From NCBI GenBank assembly GCA_963774265.1, contig CAVZDU010000001.1:320001-384000 (forward strand): DNA of 64,000 nucleotides, in the 5' to 3' direction. Positions 22,705 through 33,901 of the stretch are shown in pieces (the first letter of the stretch is position 1; the number at the start of each line of letters is the position of its first letter). The DNA is from an uncultured Chloroflexia bacterium (GTDB lineage: Bacteria > Chloroflexota > Anaerolineae > CG2-30-64-16). The notes beneath the pieces were generated by a model that was not told the DNA's origin, did no database searches, and worked only from the letters and a program-made list of their open reading frames with translations. The translations under genes and the position numbers were made by a program.

Positions 22705-24237
22705 TTACTGGTTCTGCACCTCGCTCGGATACACCCATTCATAAAACAGCCCATCCAGATTCCGTTCCGCAATCCGGTTCACCAACGCTCGAAACTCCTC
22801 GGTTGTGGCGATGTCCCACTGGTATTGCTGGTTCCACGTACGCAGCAGCTCGCCGAACTTGGCCGCGCCCATCTCTTCACGCAGCTTATCGAAGAACAGC
22901 GCACCCTTGCCGTAAACCACTGTCTCATAGTCGTGTTCGTAATCCCACACCGGCAGGCCGATAGGCTGATCCGCGTTGCGACGCTTCAGGCTGTTGATAG
23001 GCAGTTCCCAACGCAGAGCGCGCAGGTCCTGCGCGGCCTGGTCGCCGTAGCGCTGCTGAGTGTAGAAGTACATCGAGTACTCGGCCAGCCCCTCGTCCAG
23101 CCAGGGGCTGCGCACTTGATCGCTGCCCACCTGGTTGTACCACCACTGGTGCGCCACCTCGTGAACGACCCGGTCCTCCAGATCCTTCTGGTACAGGTCG
23201 TACACCTGGCTGCCGATCAAGCTCACCGACGGAAACTCCATACCTTTGAACGTCAGCGGCGCCTGGACAATGGCCATATCGCGATAGGGATATTGGCCGA
23301 ACTGGTCGTTGAAGATCTCGAGCGCACCGACCGCATCATAGAGCGCCGCGCGAGCCGCGTCCGCGTTCTCCCCGATGAAATAGGAGCGCACACGCGTGCC
23401 GGCTGAGTCGGTTTCCAGGATTTGAAAATGCGGGCTGAGCAGGGCCGTGAACTCACGCGCCGGCCCAAGCACATACTGGGCCGCCGTCCAGCCCGCCGCG
23501 GCGGCCGTGCGCGTGATCTCCGTGCCCGTCGCGACAACGACCTGGTCGGACGGGAAAGTGAGCGCGACGCGGTAGAGGGCCGCATCGTGGAAACCAACAT
23601 CGCCCTGCGGATGCGGGACATCCAAGGCCCACGCGTCGCCGCGCCGCGCGGCCAGGATGGGGTAGAAACCGGTGAGGCTGGTGGTGTCCTCGTTGATGCC
23701 GAAGATGGTGTACTCACCCAGCTGGCTCACATGCTCGAACTTCCCTCGAAAGGCGAGCCAGACGCGCGCGCGGCTGCCCTGCTTGAGCGGCTGGGTCAGC
23801 GCGATTTGCACCGCGGTCCGGCTTTCAGCAAGGCCGAAGTTCACCATGACGCCATTCACGCGCGCGCCGGTCAGCTCCAGATTGCCGCCAAAGAACTGCA
23901 GGTTCGGATAGGTTCGAAAGAAGAGGGCTTGCAGCGGCAGGGTGGATGAGACGGTGAAATCGAGATCGAGCGAGCCGGTGTAGACGCGTGCGGCGGGGTT
24001 GATCTGCGCGGTGATGCTGTAGAAGGGCATGGCCTTGAGCCGGTCGGCCGGGACGCTGTAGCCCTCGTGCCACGACTGGGGAAAGTCCGCCAGCCGATCG
24101 GGTTCGCGCCTGGAGAGAGCGCGGCTTGCAAGCAGCAAGGCGATCAGGATGGCGGTGACCAACAAGGCCAGCGCCAGCCTGCGCCATGTGAAAAAGCCCG
24201 AACTGATCGGGCGAAGCCGGCGACGAAGCTGGCTCAT
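22705..24237 (-). CDS. M1 family (gluzincin) metallopeptidase, membrane-anchored
   Basis: GMEFP, HEVAHQWW, WLDEGLAEY, VYGKGALF; N-terminal TM helix. Confidence 0.9.
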   Translation of the reverse strand: MSQLRRRLRPISSGFFTWRRLALALLVTAILIALLLASRALSRREPDRLADFPQSWHEGYSVPADRLKAMPFYSITAQINPAARVYTGSLDLDFTVSSTLPLQALFFRTYPNLQFFGGNLELTGARVNGVMVNFGLAESRTAVQIALTQPLKQGSRARVWLAFRGKFEHVSQLGEYTIFGINEDTTSLTGFYPILAARRGDAWALDVPHPQGDVGFHDAALYRVALTFPSDQVVVATGTEITRTAAAAGWTAAQYVLGPAREFTALLSPHFQILETDSAGTRVRSYFIGENADAARAALYDAVGALEIFNDQFGQYPYRDMAIVQAPLTFKGMEFPSVSLIGSQVYDLYQKDLEDRVVHEVAHQWWYNQVGSDQVRSPWLDEGLAEYSMYFYTQQRYGDQAAQDLRALRWELPINSLKRRNADQPIGLPVWDYEHDYETVVYGKGALFFDKLREEMGAAKFGELLRTWNQQYQWDIATTEEFRALVNRIAERNLDGLFYEWVYPSEVQNQ

Positions 24238-24290
24238 GGCACCTCCGAGGAAAGCAGCAGCGACTTCCGGTGGAGTATAGCACAAGACTA

Positions 24291-24426
24291 TTGACACATG
24301 AAATGATATATCATATACTTGACATCGTCAAAGGAAGTCACCGATGACTCAGTTCGAGCTAGGAACACTATGCGGCTTCCCGTCACTTTGGGACTTGCAT
24401 TCCCGCAAATAATATGATATTATTTG
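24291..24426 (+). promoter_or_regulatory. Tandem promoters with two palindromic operators upstream of the LysM gene
   Basis: TTGACA-N17-TATACT (24291-24319) containing ATGATATATCAT; TTGCAT-N17-TATTAT overlapped by CAAATAATAT-G-ATATTATTTG (24406-24426). Confidence 0.55.
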
Positions 24427-24498
24427 TTACACGTCGAACACAGTTCTACGGGTGGCCGCTCTCGACGGTTGCCCGCTTACCTGAGGAGGAGGCACAGC

Positions 24499-24891
24499 AT
24501 GCAAGCAAGGTTTGTAGTGATTGGTCTATTTATCATTGTGCTCTTGGTCGCAGCCGGATGCGCCCCCAACTCGTCGGGCACAACTGCGCTCCCCGCGGTG
24601 GGTTCCGCCGCCCCGGGCGACACCCGAGGCGCCCATGAACCAACCGTGACACCCACCCCACCTGTGTCGCCGCTGCCCACCCCCACGCCCACCGACCCAG
24701 TTTCGCCGCTAGCGGCCCCCAAAGGCGTCTCGAGCAGCACCGAATACACGGTGGCCAGGGGCGACACGCTCGCCAAGATCGCGGCCAGCTTTGACGTTAC
24801 GGTCGATGAAATCCTGGTGGCAAACCCGAAAATCAAGAACGTGGACCTGATCTACGTCGGCCAGAAGCTGATCATCCCGGCTAAAGACTGA
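24499..24891 (+). CDS. LysM-domain lipoprotein
   Basis: Lipobox VAAGC, P/T-rich linker, YTVARGDTLAKIA...ANPKIKNVDLIYVGQKLIIP; RBS GAGGAGG. Confidence 0.9.
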   Translation: MQARFVVIGLFIIVLLVAAGCAPNSSGTTALPAVGSAAPGDTRGAHEPTVTPTPPVSPLPTPTPTDPVSPLAAPKGVSSSTEYTVARGDTLAKIAASFDVTVDEILVANPKIKNVDLIYVGQKLIIPAKD

Positions 24892-25050
24892 GTGGTGGAA
24901 ACCGCCCAGATTTCGCCTTTGCCACAGTGATCGTCTGATCCGAATGTCAATCTCCATAATATTGTGACCGCCGCTCCACGGTGCTATAATCCCTCGTGCC
25001 CGTGCGACCGGCGGTCGCACCGCGTCATCCTTCTTTTGTGAGCGATCTCA

Positions 25051-25344
25051 GTGCCCCTTTCCCTGGCCGAAGTCGAACACGTCGCCGAGCTTGCGCGGCT
25101 GGGCCTGACCGATGCTGAAAAGGCCCTGTTTCGCGGCCAGCTCTCCGCGATCCTGGATTATGCCGCGGTGCTGCAAAGCGTCGACACATCCGCCATTCCA
25201 CCCACCGCCACGGTGCTGCCGCTGCGCAACGTGATGCGGGAGGACGCGGCGCGGCCCTCGCTGGCGCAAGAGGACGTGTTGGCGAACGCACCTGAGGCCC
25301 GCGACGGCTTCTTCGCCGTGGCCGCGATCCTCCAGAAGACCTGA
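25051..25344 (+). CDS. gatC: Asp/Glu-tRNA amidotransferase subunit C
   Basis: VEHVAELARL, NVMRED, LANAP, FFAV. Confidence 0.93.
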   Translation: MPLSLAEVEHVAELARLGLTDAEKALFRGQLSAILDYAAVLQSVDTSAIPPTATVLPLRNVMREDAARPSLAQEDVLANAPEARDGFFAVAAILQKT

Positions 25345-25350
25345 TTACCC

Positions 25351-26869
25351 ATGACGCTACACAGCCTCACCGTCCATCAAGCCGCAACCCTGTTGCGGAC
25401 CGGGGAGATCAGCGCGACCGCACTGACGCAGAGCGTTCTGGAGCGGATATTCGCGCTGGACAACACCGTCAGGGCCTATCTCGCGCTCACACCGGAACTG
25501 GCGCTCGAGGCGGCCGCCCACGCAGACGCGATGCTCGCCGCCGCACGCCGTGAGGGCACGGTCGACTCACTTTCGCCCCTCCTCGGCATCCCACTGGCTA
25601 TCAAAGACATCATCACCGTTGAGGGTGTGCCCCTCACCTGCGGCTCTCGCATCCTCGAAGGTTACATCCCGCCCTATGAAGCGACCGCCGTGACGCGGCT
25701 GATCGATGCCGGCGCGGTCATTCTGGGAAAAACCAATACCGACGAATTCGCCATGGGGTCCAGCACGGAAAACTCGGCGTATTTCACCACGCGCAACCCC
25801 TGGGATTTGTCGCCGCGTGCCGGGCGGGTCGAGTGGCGGCAGCGCGGCCGCGGTCGCGGCCCAACTTTGCCTCGCCGCGCTGGGCAGCGACACCGGCGGC
25901 AGCGTCCGCCAGCCGGCCAGCCTTTGCGGCATTGTCGGTCTGAAGCCCACCTACGGCCGCGTGAGCCGGTACGGGCTGGTGGCGTATGCATCCTCGCTGG
26001 ACCAAATCGGTCCGCTGACCAGGGACGTGACCGACGCAGCGCTCTTGCTGTCCGCCATCGCCGGGCATGACCCGCTGGACAGCACCAGCGTCGATGCACC
26101 CGTGCCCGACTATGTGGCCGCGCTGGATGCCGCGGGCAATTCATCCTCCCGACCCCTGAACGGCCTGCGCGTAGGCGTGCCCAAGGAGTATTTCGTCCCC
26201 GGCATGCAGGCGGAGGTCGAGGCGGCTGTGCGCAAAGCGGTCCGGGTGCTGACCGGGCTGGGTGCAGATGTGCGCGAGATTTCCCTCCCCCACACGGAGC
26301 TGGCGCTCTCGGTGTACTACGTCCTTGCGCCCGCCGAGGCCTCCGCCAACCTGGCGCGCTTCGACGGCATCCGCTACGGCCTCTCTGCGCCGGGTGAATC
26401 GCTGTGGGAGACCTACCGGCAGACGCGGGGTGAAGGCTTCGGACCGGAGGTCAAACGGCGCATCATGCTGGGCGCGTACGCGCTGAGCGCGGGGTACTAC
26501 GACGCGTACTACCTCAAGGCGCAGCAGGTGCGCACGCTGATCAAGGCGGACTTCGACGCCGCGCTGCAGGATGTGGATATCATCGCCTGCCCCACCAGCC
26601 CGACCACCGCCTTCCCCATCGGCGAACGCGTGGCCGATCCGCTGAGCATGTATCTGGCCGACATTTTCACGCTGTCACTGAACCTGGCCGGCATCTGCGG
26701 CATTTCCGTACCGTGCGGGCTCGATGGCGCGAACCTGCCCATCGGCTTACAGCTCATCGCGGGCGCGTTCGACGAGGGGCGGTTACTATCGACCGCATAC
26801 GCCTATGAACAGGCAACAGAGTGGCATCGGCTCGCGCCGATCCTCACGGTGAAGGCTGAGGATAGATGA
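25351..26869 (+). CDS. gatA: Asp/Glu-tRNA amidotransferase subunit A (frameshift near 25810)
   Basis: [59 protein letters not shown]. Confidence 0.95.
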
Positions 26870-28254
26870 GGGGGAAAATGACCGGGGTCAAGGCTGACTT
26901 TGCGCCGTTTGCGGAACGGATGCGAGCGGAACGGCTGCCGGATATCGCCATACGCACCTTCAAGCACTACTACATGGAGCTCGCAGAGGGACAAACCGGT
27001 CTGATCGCCGAGAGTGACATCGCGCCGGTCGAGTCGCTACCCGACATGGACCGACTTCCTGCAAGTCTTGCCGGGGTGGGCCGGGCGGCCATGGGCAAGG
27101 CAGTATTGCTCAAGCTCAACGGCGGGCTGGGCACCGGCATGGGCATGGAAAAGGCCAAGTCGCTGCTGGTCGTCCGTGACGGCCTGACCTTCCTGGACAT
27201 CATCGCACGCCAGGCGCTGCAGGCGGACGTGCCGCTCGTACTGATGAACAGTTTCAGCACCCGGGCCGATTCGCTCTGCCTCCTGGAGAAGTATCCCGAT
27301 CTCCGGGTGCGCATCCCCCTGGACTTCGTCCAGCATAAGGCGCCGAAGGTGCTCCAGGAGAGCCTGGCGCCGGCCACCTGGCGCCAAGACCCGGAACTGG
27401 AATGGTGTCCGCCCGGTCACGGCGACATCTACACCGCACTCCTCACGAGCGGCATGCTCGACACACTGCTTGACAACGGCTGCGAAATTGCCTTCGTGTC
27501 CAACGCGGACAACCTTGGTGCAGAGCTCGATCCACTGGTGCTCGGCTACTTCGTCGACAAGGGCCTGCCGTTCCTCATGGAAGTGGCTGACCGCACGGTC
27601 GCGGATCGCAAGGGCGGCCACCTGGCGCAGCGGCAAAGCGATGGCCGGCTGCTCTTGCGGGAGTCGGCGCAGTGCCCCGATGACGACGCCGAAGCCTTCC
27701 AGGACATCACCCGGCACCGCTATTTCAACACAAACAACCTTTGGATCCACCTCCCGGCGCTCCAGCGGCTGCTGAGGGAGAGGGATGGCGTGCTGCGCCT
27801 GCCGATGATCCGCAACAGCAAGACGGTCGACCCGCGCGATCCATCGTCACCCAAGGTGTACCAGCTCGAGAGCGCCATGGGCGCCGCCATCTCAGCCTTC
27901 GTCGGCGCCGGTGCGCTGCGGGTGCCCCGCTCCCGCTTTGCGCCCGTCAAGAGCTGCGACGATCTACTCGGCGTGCGCTCGGACGCGTTCGTGCTCACCG
28001 ACGCCTGGCAGATCGTCCTCAACCCAAAACGACGCTGCGGCGTTCCGGTGATCGACCTGGACCCGCGGTACTATAGGCTGATTGACCAGCTGGAATCGCG
28101 CTTCCCCTACGGCCCGCCCTCGCTCGTCGACTGCGAGCAACTGACAGTCAAGGGCGACGTCATGTTCGGACCCGGAGTCGTGTGTCGCGGCGTGGTGGAA
28201 GTGGTGAATGATGGTGAAGAACAGATGAATTATCCACCAACGAAAACCCTATAA
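26866..28254 (+). CDS. Eukaryote-type UTP--glucose-1-phosphate uridylyltransferase (UDPGP family)
   Basis: [75 protein letters not shown]. Confidence 0.92.
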   Translation: MRGKMTGVKADFAPFAERMRAERLPDIAIRTFKHYYMELAEGQTGLIAESDIAPVESLPDMDRLPASLAGVGRAAMGKAVLLKLNGGLGTGMGMEKAKSLLVVRDGLTFLDIIARQALQADVPLVLMNSFSTRADSLCLLEKYPDLRVRIPLDFVQHKAPKVLQESLAPATWRQDPELEWCPPGHGDIYTALLTSGMLDTLLDNGCEIAFVSNADNLGAELDPLVLGYFVDKGLPFLMEVADRTVADRKGGHLAQRQSDGRLLLRESAQCPDDDAEAFQDITRHRYFNTNNLWIHLPALQRLLRERDGVLRLPMIRNSKTVDPRDPSSPKVYQLESAMGAAISAFVGAGALRVPRSRFAPVKSCDDLLGVRSDAFVLTDAWQIVLNPKRRCGVPVIDLDPRYYRLIDQLESRFPYGPPSLVDCEQLTVKGDVMFGPGVVCRGVVEVVNDGEEQMNYPPTKTL

Positions 28255-28270
28255 GGAGGGATCCTCTCTC

Positions 28271-29440
28271 ATGTCAGATCGCATCTCCCGCCGGGTGGCA
28301 GCGGTGCCACCGTCCGGCATCCGCAAGTTCTTCGACATCGCGGCCACCATGCAGGACGTCATTTCGCTCGGCATCGGCGAGCCCGACTTCGTCACGCCTG
28401 ACGTGATCCGCCAGGCCGGCATCGCCTCGTTGACGCGCGGCGAAACGCGCTACACGTCCAACTCGGGCATCTTCGAGCTGCGCGAGGCTATCGTGAGGAA
28501 GTGGGCGCAGCTTTACGGCGTCGAGTACGATCCGGACAAGGAAACACTGGTCACGGTCGGCGGGTCTGAGGCGCTCTACCTGGCCCTGACGGCCATCATC
28601 AACCCCGGCGACGAGGTGTTGATCCCCGAACCGTGCTTCGTCTCCTACGAGGCCGAGGTGGCGTTTGCGGGCGGCACGCCTGTCCCGATCGCCACGCAGG
28701 TGGAGACGCTGTTCCAGGTGACCGGCGCGCAGCTCGAAGCCGCGGTGACCCCGAACACGAAGGCGATCCTGATCAACTACCCCAACAACCCGACCGGCGC
28801 CGTGCTCGATCAGGAGTGCATGGCCGAGATCGCGGCTGTGGCGGCCAAACACGACCTGCTGGTCATCTCCGATGAGATTTACGACCGGCTGATCTACGCG
28901 GGCGAGCACACCACCTTCAGCAGCCTGCCCGGCATGCGCGACCGGACGATCATCATCGGCGGCTTCTCGAAGGACTACGCCATGACCGGCTGGCGCCTGG
29001 GCTTTGCGCTTGGGCCCGGCCGATATCCTCGTCGCCATGCGCAAGGTGCACCAGTACACGATCATGTCGGCTCCGACCACCGCCCAGGTGGCCGCGATCA
29101 CTGCGCTTACCGACCCGGCGTGCCGAGGATGCCGTGCATGGCCATGCGCGAGTCCTACAACCTCCGCCGCCGGTTGCTGGTGGACGGCCTGAACAGCATC
29201 GGTCTGCCCACGTTCGAGCCGCGCGGCGCCTTCTACGCTTTCCCCGATATCCGCGTCAGCGGCATGACCTCTGATGAGTTCGCATGGACGCTGATCGAGG
29301 AAGAGAAGGTGGCCTGCGTCCCGGGTCCGGCCTTCGGCCTGGGCGGCGAGGGCTATGTGCGCATGTGCTACGCCACGGCCAAAGACCAGATCGAGGAGGC
29401 GCTCGAACGCATGGGGCGCTTCGTACGCCGGCACGGTTGA
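28271..29440 (+). CDS. Class I/II PLP aminotransferase (compensating frameshifts 29010-29130)
   Basis: LGIGEPDF, NYPNNPTG, SDEIY, FSKDYAMTGWRLG, GAFYAF. Confidence 0.9.
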   Translation: MSDRISRRVAAVPPSGIRKFFDIAATMQDVISLGIGEPDFVTPDVIRQAGIASLTRGETRYTSNSGIFELREAIVRKWAQLYGVEYDPDKETLVTVGGSEALYLALTAIINPGDEVLIPEPCFVSYEAEVAFAGGTPVPIATQVETLFQVTGAQLEAAVTPNTKAILINYPNNPTGAVLDQECMAEIAAVAAKHDLLVISDEIYDRLIYAGEHTTFSSLPGMRDRTIIIGGFSKDYAMTGWRLGFALGPGRYPRRHAQGAPVHDHVGSDHRPGGRDHCAYRPGVPRMPCMAMRESYNLRRRLLVDGLNSIGLPTFEPRGAFYAFPDIRVSGMTSDEFAWTLIEEEKVACVPGPAFGLGGEGYVRMCYATAKDQIEEALERMGRFVRRHG

Positions 29441-29449
29441 TGTCACAAC

Positions 29450-30958
29450 ATGGCGTACGAAACCATCATCGGGCTGGAAGTCCACGCCCAGCTCCTGACC
29501 GCGTCCAAGATGTTCTGCGGCTGTCAGCGCAGACTATGCTGCCGCGCCGCCGAACACCCACGTCTGCCCGGTGTGCATGGCGCTGCCGGGCGTGCTGCCG
29601 GTGATCAACCGCGCCGCCGTGGAGAAGACGATCATGGCGGGGCTGGCGCTCAACTGCACCATCTCCGAGCATGCGGTCTTCGCCCGCAAGAACTACCACT
29701 ACGCCGACCTGCCCAAGGGCTACCAGATCAGCCAGTATGAGCTGCCCTTCTGCCGGGACGGTTGGCTGGAGATCGAGACGGACGCGGGGCAGAAGCGCAT
29801 CGGCATCACCCGTGCCCACCTGGAAGAGGACACCGGCAAGCTGGTTCATGCGGCCGAAGGCGGCCGACTGATGGGTCCCGGAAGTGTCCAGACCCTGGTC
29901 GACCTGAACCGGGCCGGCGTGCCGCTGCTGGAGATCGTCACCGAGCCGGATCTGCGCTCGCCCGACGAGGCCCATGCGTACCTGACCAAGCTCCAGCGCG
30001 ATCCTGCGCTACCTGGGCGTCAGCACCGCGGACATGGAGAAGGGCGCGATGCGCTGCGAGGCCAACGTCAGCGTGCGGCCGCTCGGCCAGGCAGCGTTCG
30101 GGACCAAGGTCGAGGTCAAGAACCTCAACTCCTTCCGGTCGGTGAAGCTGGCGCTGGAATACGAGGTGCACCGGCAGATCGACACACTGGAGCGCGGCGA
30201 GCGTGTGGTGCAGGTGACCATGGGCTGGGATGAAGAGCACGGGCACACGGTGCGTCCAGCGCAGCAAGGAATCGGCCGACGACTACCGCTACTTCCCCGA
30301 GCCGGATCTGCCGCCGCTGGCGGTGAGCCGCGCGTGGGTGGAGGAGCTTCGCGCCCGGCTGCCCGAATTGCCGGGTGCGAAGGCCGCTCGCTTTGCGACA
30401 GAACTGGGGCTGGACCCGAAAGAGGCCGCGCTCTTGACCGAAGAGCGGTCGGTGGCTGAGTACTACGAAGCCGCGGTCAGCGCCCTGCGGGCGAAGCGAG
30501 CGCAGGGCGGACAGGCGCCGGAACCCGCTGCACAGGCCGCGGCGAAAAGCGTCTCCAATTGGGTCTCGGGCGAGCTGTTCCGGCTGATGAAGGGCGGGGG
30601 GATCGATATCACCGCCATCGCCGTGACGCCTGAGGGCCTTGCGGACCTGCTTGCGCTGATCGACGGAGGGCAGATCAACCTGAACAGCGCCAAGCGCGCG
30701 CTGGGTGTCATGTTCGATACGGGGCGCTCCGCAGCCGGCGTTGTGCAGGAACTGGGCTTGGGGCAAGTGAGCGACGCCGATGCGCTGGCAGGAATCGTAG
30801 CAACAATAATAGGGGCCAACGCGGATCAGGTTTCGAAATATCGGGCAGGCAAAGAGAGCGTCTTCAATTGGCTGCTGGGGCAGGTGATGCGCGAAACGCG
30901 CGGCAAGGGGAACCCGGCGCTCGTGCGCGAGCTATTGGAGGCGGCGCTCAAGGAGTAG
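29450..30958 (+). CDS. gatB: Asp/Glu-tRNA amidotransferase subunit B (3 frameshifts)
   Basis: [72 protein letters not shown]. Confidence 0.95.
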
Positions 30959-31037
30959 GCATGTCGTTCGATCGGGCAGTTGAAGCAATCATCCCGGCCG
31001 CCAGGCGCCGCGCGCGGAAGTCGCGGTGACGGCGCTC

Positions 31038-31613
31038 ATGACTCAACGCCTCTCCGCGTGGTTGATCCGGGTCTCGCGTGGCTGGGTGGCACTGGCGGGC
31101 CTGCTTATCTTCCTGGTCTTTACGCCCCTTGTCTTGCCCGACCAGGCCGCGCGTTTCGAGGCGGTCGCAGGCCCCGGCCCGTCACCCGACCAGTCCTTCT
31201 TCTACACCCCTACCGATCTATATCGGATGGCCGAAGCTTTCGGCCCCGCGGGACACGCGGCGTACGTACACGCCCGATGGACCTTCGACGTCGTGTGGCC
31301 GCTGGTCTACACGATCTGCCTGGTGACCGCGATCAGTTGGTTGGCGGGAAAAGCGTTTCGACGGGGCAGCCGCGGACGGCTTCTGAACCTCATTCCCGTG
31401 GCTGGGATGCTGCTTGACTTTGCGGAGAATATCTGCGCGTCGTTGGTGATTCCGCGTTATCCGGCCCGAACGCCCGGCGCTGACTTCCTGGCCACCGTGT
31501 TTACGCCGCTGAAATGGATCTTCGTGGCCGGCAGTTTTGTTGTCCTGCTGGTGGCAGCGATCGCGGCAGTGCGGCAGTGGCTGGCACGCAACAGCTACCT
31601 GCACCGCGCATGA
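31038..31613 (+). CDS. Hypothetical membrane protein (4 TM)
   Basis: Hydrophobic segments; PDQSFFYTP, DVVWPLVY, DFAEN. Confidence 0.65.
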   Translation: MTQRLSAWLIRVSRGWVALAGLLIFLVFTPLVLPDQAARFEAVAGPGPSPDQSFFYTPTDLYRMAEAFGPAGHAAYVHARWTFDVVWPLVYTICLVTAISWLAGKAFRRGSRGRLLNLIPVAGMLLDFAENICASLVIPRYPARTPGADFLATVFTPLKWIFVAGSFVVLLVAAIAAVRQWLARNSYLHRA

Positions 31614-31638
31614 CAATGGGTGCAAATAGCTGCTGGAT

Positions 31639-32424
31639 CTACCCTGCGGCAGATGTAACCTGTGTCTCGTCTACCCGATCCCACGCCTCCAATAGCGCGG
31701 GGAGTTCATCCACGGTGGCGATACGCGCATCCGGAATGCATTCGTCGCTCTCCTCCGTGTGCCACGGTGAGGCGACAAGCACCGCGCGCATCCCTATCTT
31801 CTGAGGCCCTGCCACGTCCTCCAGGAGTCTATCTCCCACAAACACGGCTTCCGCAGGGGCAACGTCGAAATGATCCAAGGCCTCGCGGAAGATGCGCTCA
31901 TCCGGCTTGACATATCCCGCACGGCTTGAATAGACCCGCACCGGCAGGTGCTCCAGCAGTTCATAGCGCGCCAGGTCCGCATCGTGCATCTCGGGCGTCC
32001 ACAGCGTGTTCGACACCACCCCCAGTTGCCGCCCCTGCTCGGACAAGCAACGCAGCATTGCGACCGCATCCCCCGCGACCGGCGTGACGACAGCCGAGAC
32101 GGCCTGGTAGTACGCCTGCATTGCTTCGACGAAGACCTTGTCCGGCAGGCGCACGCCGATAGCCTCAAGACCTTCGCGCGCCATGATCTCTGCGGTATTG
32201 CTGTAGCGCGTGCGCTTTGACTTGGCCTCCAACGCCGCGGCCATGCGGGCCACAGCGCGAAGCGCCAGGTCGGGGTCAGACACCTTCGTGCCGCGCAGCG
32301 TCGCAACGCTCAGAAACGCGCGCATCGCCCGGGCATTGATGGCATCAAAACCATTCTCAGGTGGCTGATCGTAGTGCAACAAGGTGCCGCCGAGATCAAA
32401 CAGGACTGCTTGGATGATCGGCAT
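31639..32424 (-). CDS. HAD family hydrolase
   Basis: FDLGGTL, VSN, KPDERIF, VFVGDRLLEDVAG. Confidence 0.88.
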   Translation of the reverse strand: MPIIQAVLFDLGGTLLHYDQPPENGFDAINARAMRAFLSVATLRGTKVSDPDLALRAVARMAAALEAKSKRTRYSNTAEIMAREGLEAIGVRLPDKVFVEAMQAYYQAVSAVVTPVAGDAVAMLRCLSEQGRQLGVVSNTLWTPEMHDADLARYELLEHLPVRVYSSRAGYVKPDERIFREALDHFDVAPAEAVFVGDRLLEDVAGPQKIGMRAVLVASPWHTEESDECIPDARIATVDELPALLEAWDRVDETQVTSAAG

Positions 32425-32990
32425 CAGGACTTCTCCGTATCGTTACCACCGGCTGCGCCGGCGCCCAGGTAATTCAAGATCTTACGCAGATTCGTCTGAA
32501 CTGTCTCTGCGGTGTCGACGACCAACCGCGGCCCGCTCATGCGCTCCAGGCGCGCGCGTGCTTGCTGATACGCATCCCATTCGCGCACCCGGTGGTCAGG
32601 CACGTCAGCTGCGCGGCGCTCGATGCGCTCCCGCAGCAGCCCATCGTCGGTGGTGATACACTCGACTAACTTGAAGTCGACCTTGACGCTGCGGACAAAA
32701 TTCTCGATCGCATCCTGAAACAGCCGGTAACCCGCCGGACTGTCGACTACGACGGGCAGGCCCAACGTCAGGTTGTCGCGCGCGAAGGGGATCAGCAAGG
32801 TATAGGAAAGCGCCCCTGCGAAGTCGGCCACGCCTTCCATCTTCATGTCCCGTCCCAGCGTCAATGCCGTGTCCTTGATCGTGTCCTTATCCAGGTAGAC
32901 TGCGCGCAGCTCGCGCGCGACTGCCCGGGCCAGCGTGCTCTTGCCCGTGCCCGGCGCACCTGCGAAGACGATCAACAACGGATCAGACAC
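32424..32990 (-). CDS. P-loop kinase (AAA_33-like)
   Basis: LIVFAGAPGTGKSTLARAVA...DKDTIKD; GTG start at 32990. Confidence 0.8.
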   Translation of the reverse strand: MSDPLLIVFAGAPGTGKSTLARAVARELRAVYLDKDTIKDTALTLGRDMKMEGVADFAGALSYTLLIPFARDNLTLGLPVVVDSPAGYRLFQDAIENFVRSVKVDFKLVECITTDDGLLRERIERRAADVPDHRVREWDAYQQARARLERMSGPRLVVDTAETVQTNLRKILNYLGAGAAGGNDTEKS

Positions 32991-32992
32991 GC

Positions 32993-33724
32993 TCAGAAAG
33001 CCACCCCCAACAGGCCAAGAATCAAGACGATCAACGGCGCGATGAACACCGCGGGCAGCAAATTGGCCGCACGAATTCGTTTGATGTCGAGCAGCAGGAA
33101 CGCGATGCTCAGAATCACGACCCCGCCGGTCGCGGTCATTTCGACGACCCACGGCGTCGTCGCGCGTAACGCCACCCAGTGCTGCGCCGAACAACGCCGG
33201 CAGCCACGCTCAGTCCGCCCTGGTAGACCAACACCGTCGCCGCGGAGAGGATCACCCCCGCGCCCAGCGAGTCGCGGCCAGCGCCATGGCAGCGAAGCCA
33301 TCCATCAGCGATTTGATCGTCAGCAGCGTGTAGTCGCCCATCAGACCATCCTGGATCGAGCCCAGGATCGTCATAGGGCCGACACAGAACACCAGGCTGG
33401 CGGTGATGAACCCCTGCGCGAATGTGCTCTGGTCACCACCGAGTAAGTGGCCCAGCCGAGCCTCGCTCCACTTGCCCAAATCGCTCCAACGCATCCTCGA
33501 TGCGCAAGAGCTCGCCGAGCATACCGCCGATCAGGACGCTGAACAGCGGGATGAGCATGTTCTTCGTGCCGATCGCCATCGTGACGCCGATCATCAGGGT
33601 GATCAGGCCCAAGCCCATGCAGGACCGTGTTGCGCATTTTCTCGGGCAGCCGGTTGCCCAACAGCGTGCCAAGCAGCCCGCCAACAACCACCGAGCCGAC
33701 ATTAATTAAGGTGCCAGTAATCAT
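32993..33724 (-). CDS. DUF554 membrane protein (frameshifted)
   Basis: GTLINVGSV, GFITASLVFCVGPMTILGSIQDG, KSLMDG, ANLLPA. Confidence 0.85.
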
Positions 33725-33901
33725 GAAGAGCTCTCTAATAAGGATAAATGGGAAAGGATATGCCTGTATGATGCCAATTTGGGAAGCATAGCATGCTTCT
33801 GCGGCGGGGGCAAGCGCGTATTTCTGTACACGCATGACACGAGGTTGACGCGCTCAAGGTTTTGGTGTACAACAAGTTAGCTGCTGCGAAATAGGGATGT
33901 T

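Noticed and set aside
28274-29485. Long antisense ORFs (e.g. 28274..29485, 8053..9039, 34669..35988)
   Set aside because: Shadow ORFs of GC-rich coding strands; no recognisable motifs
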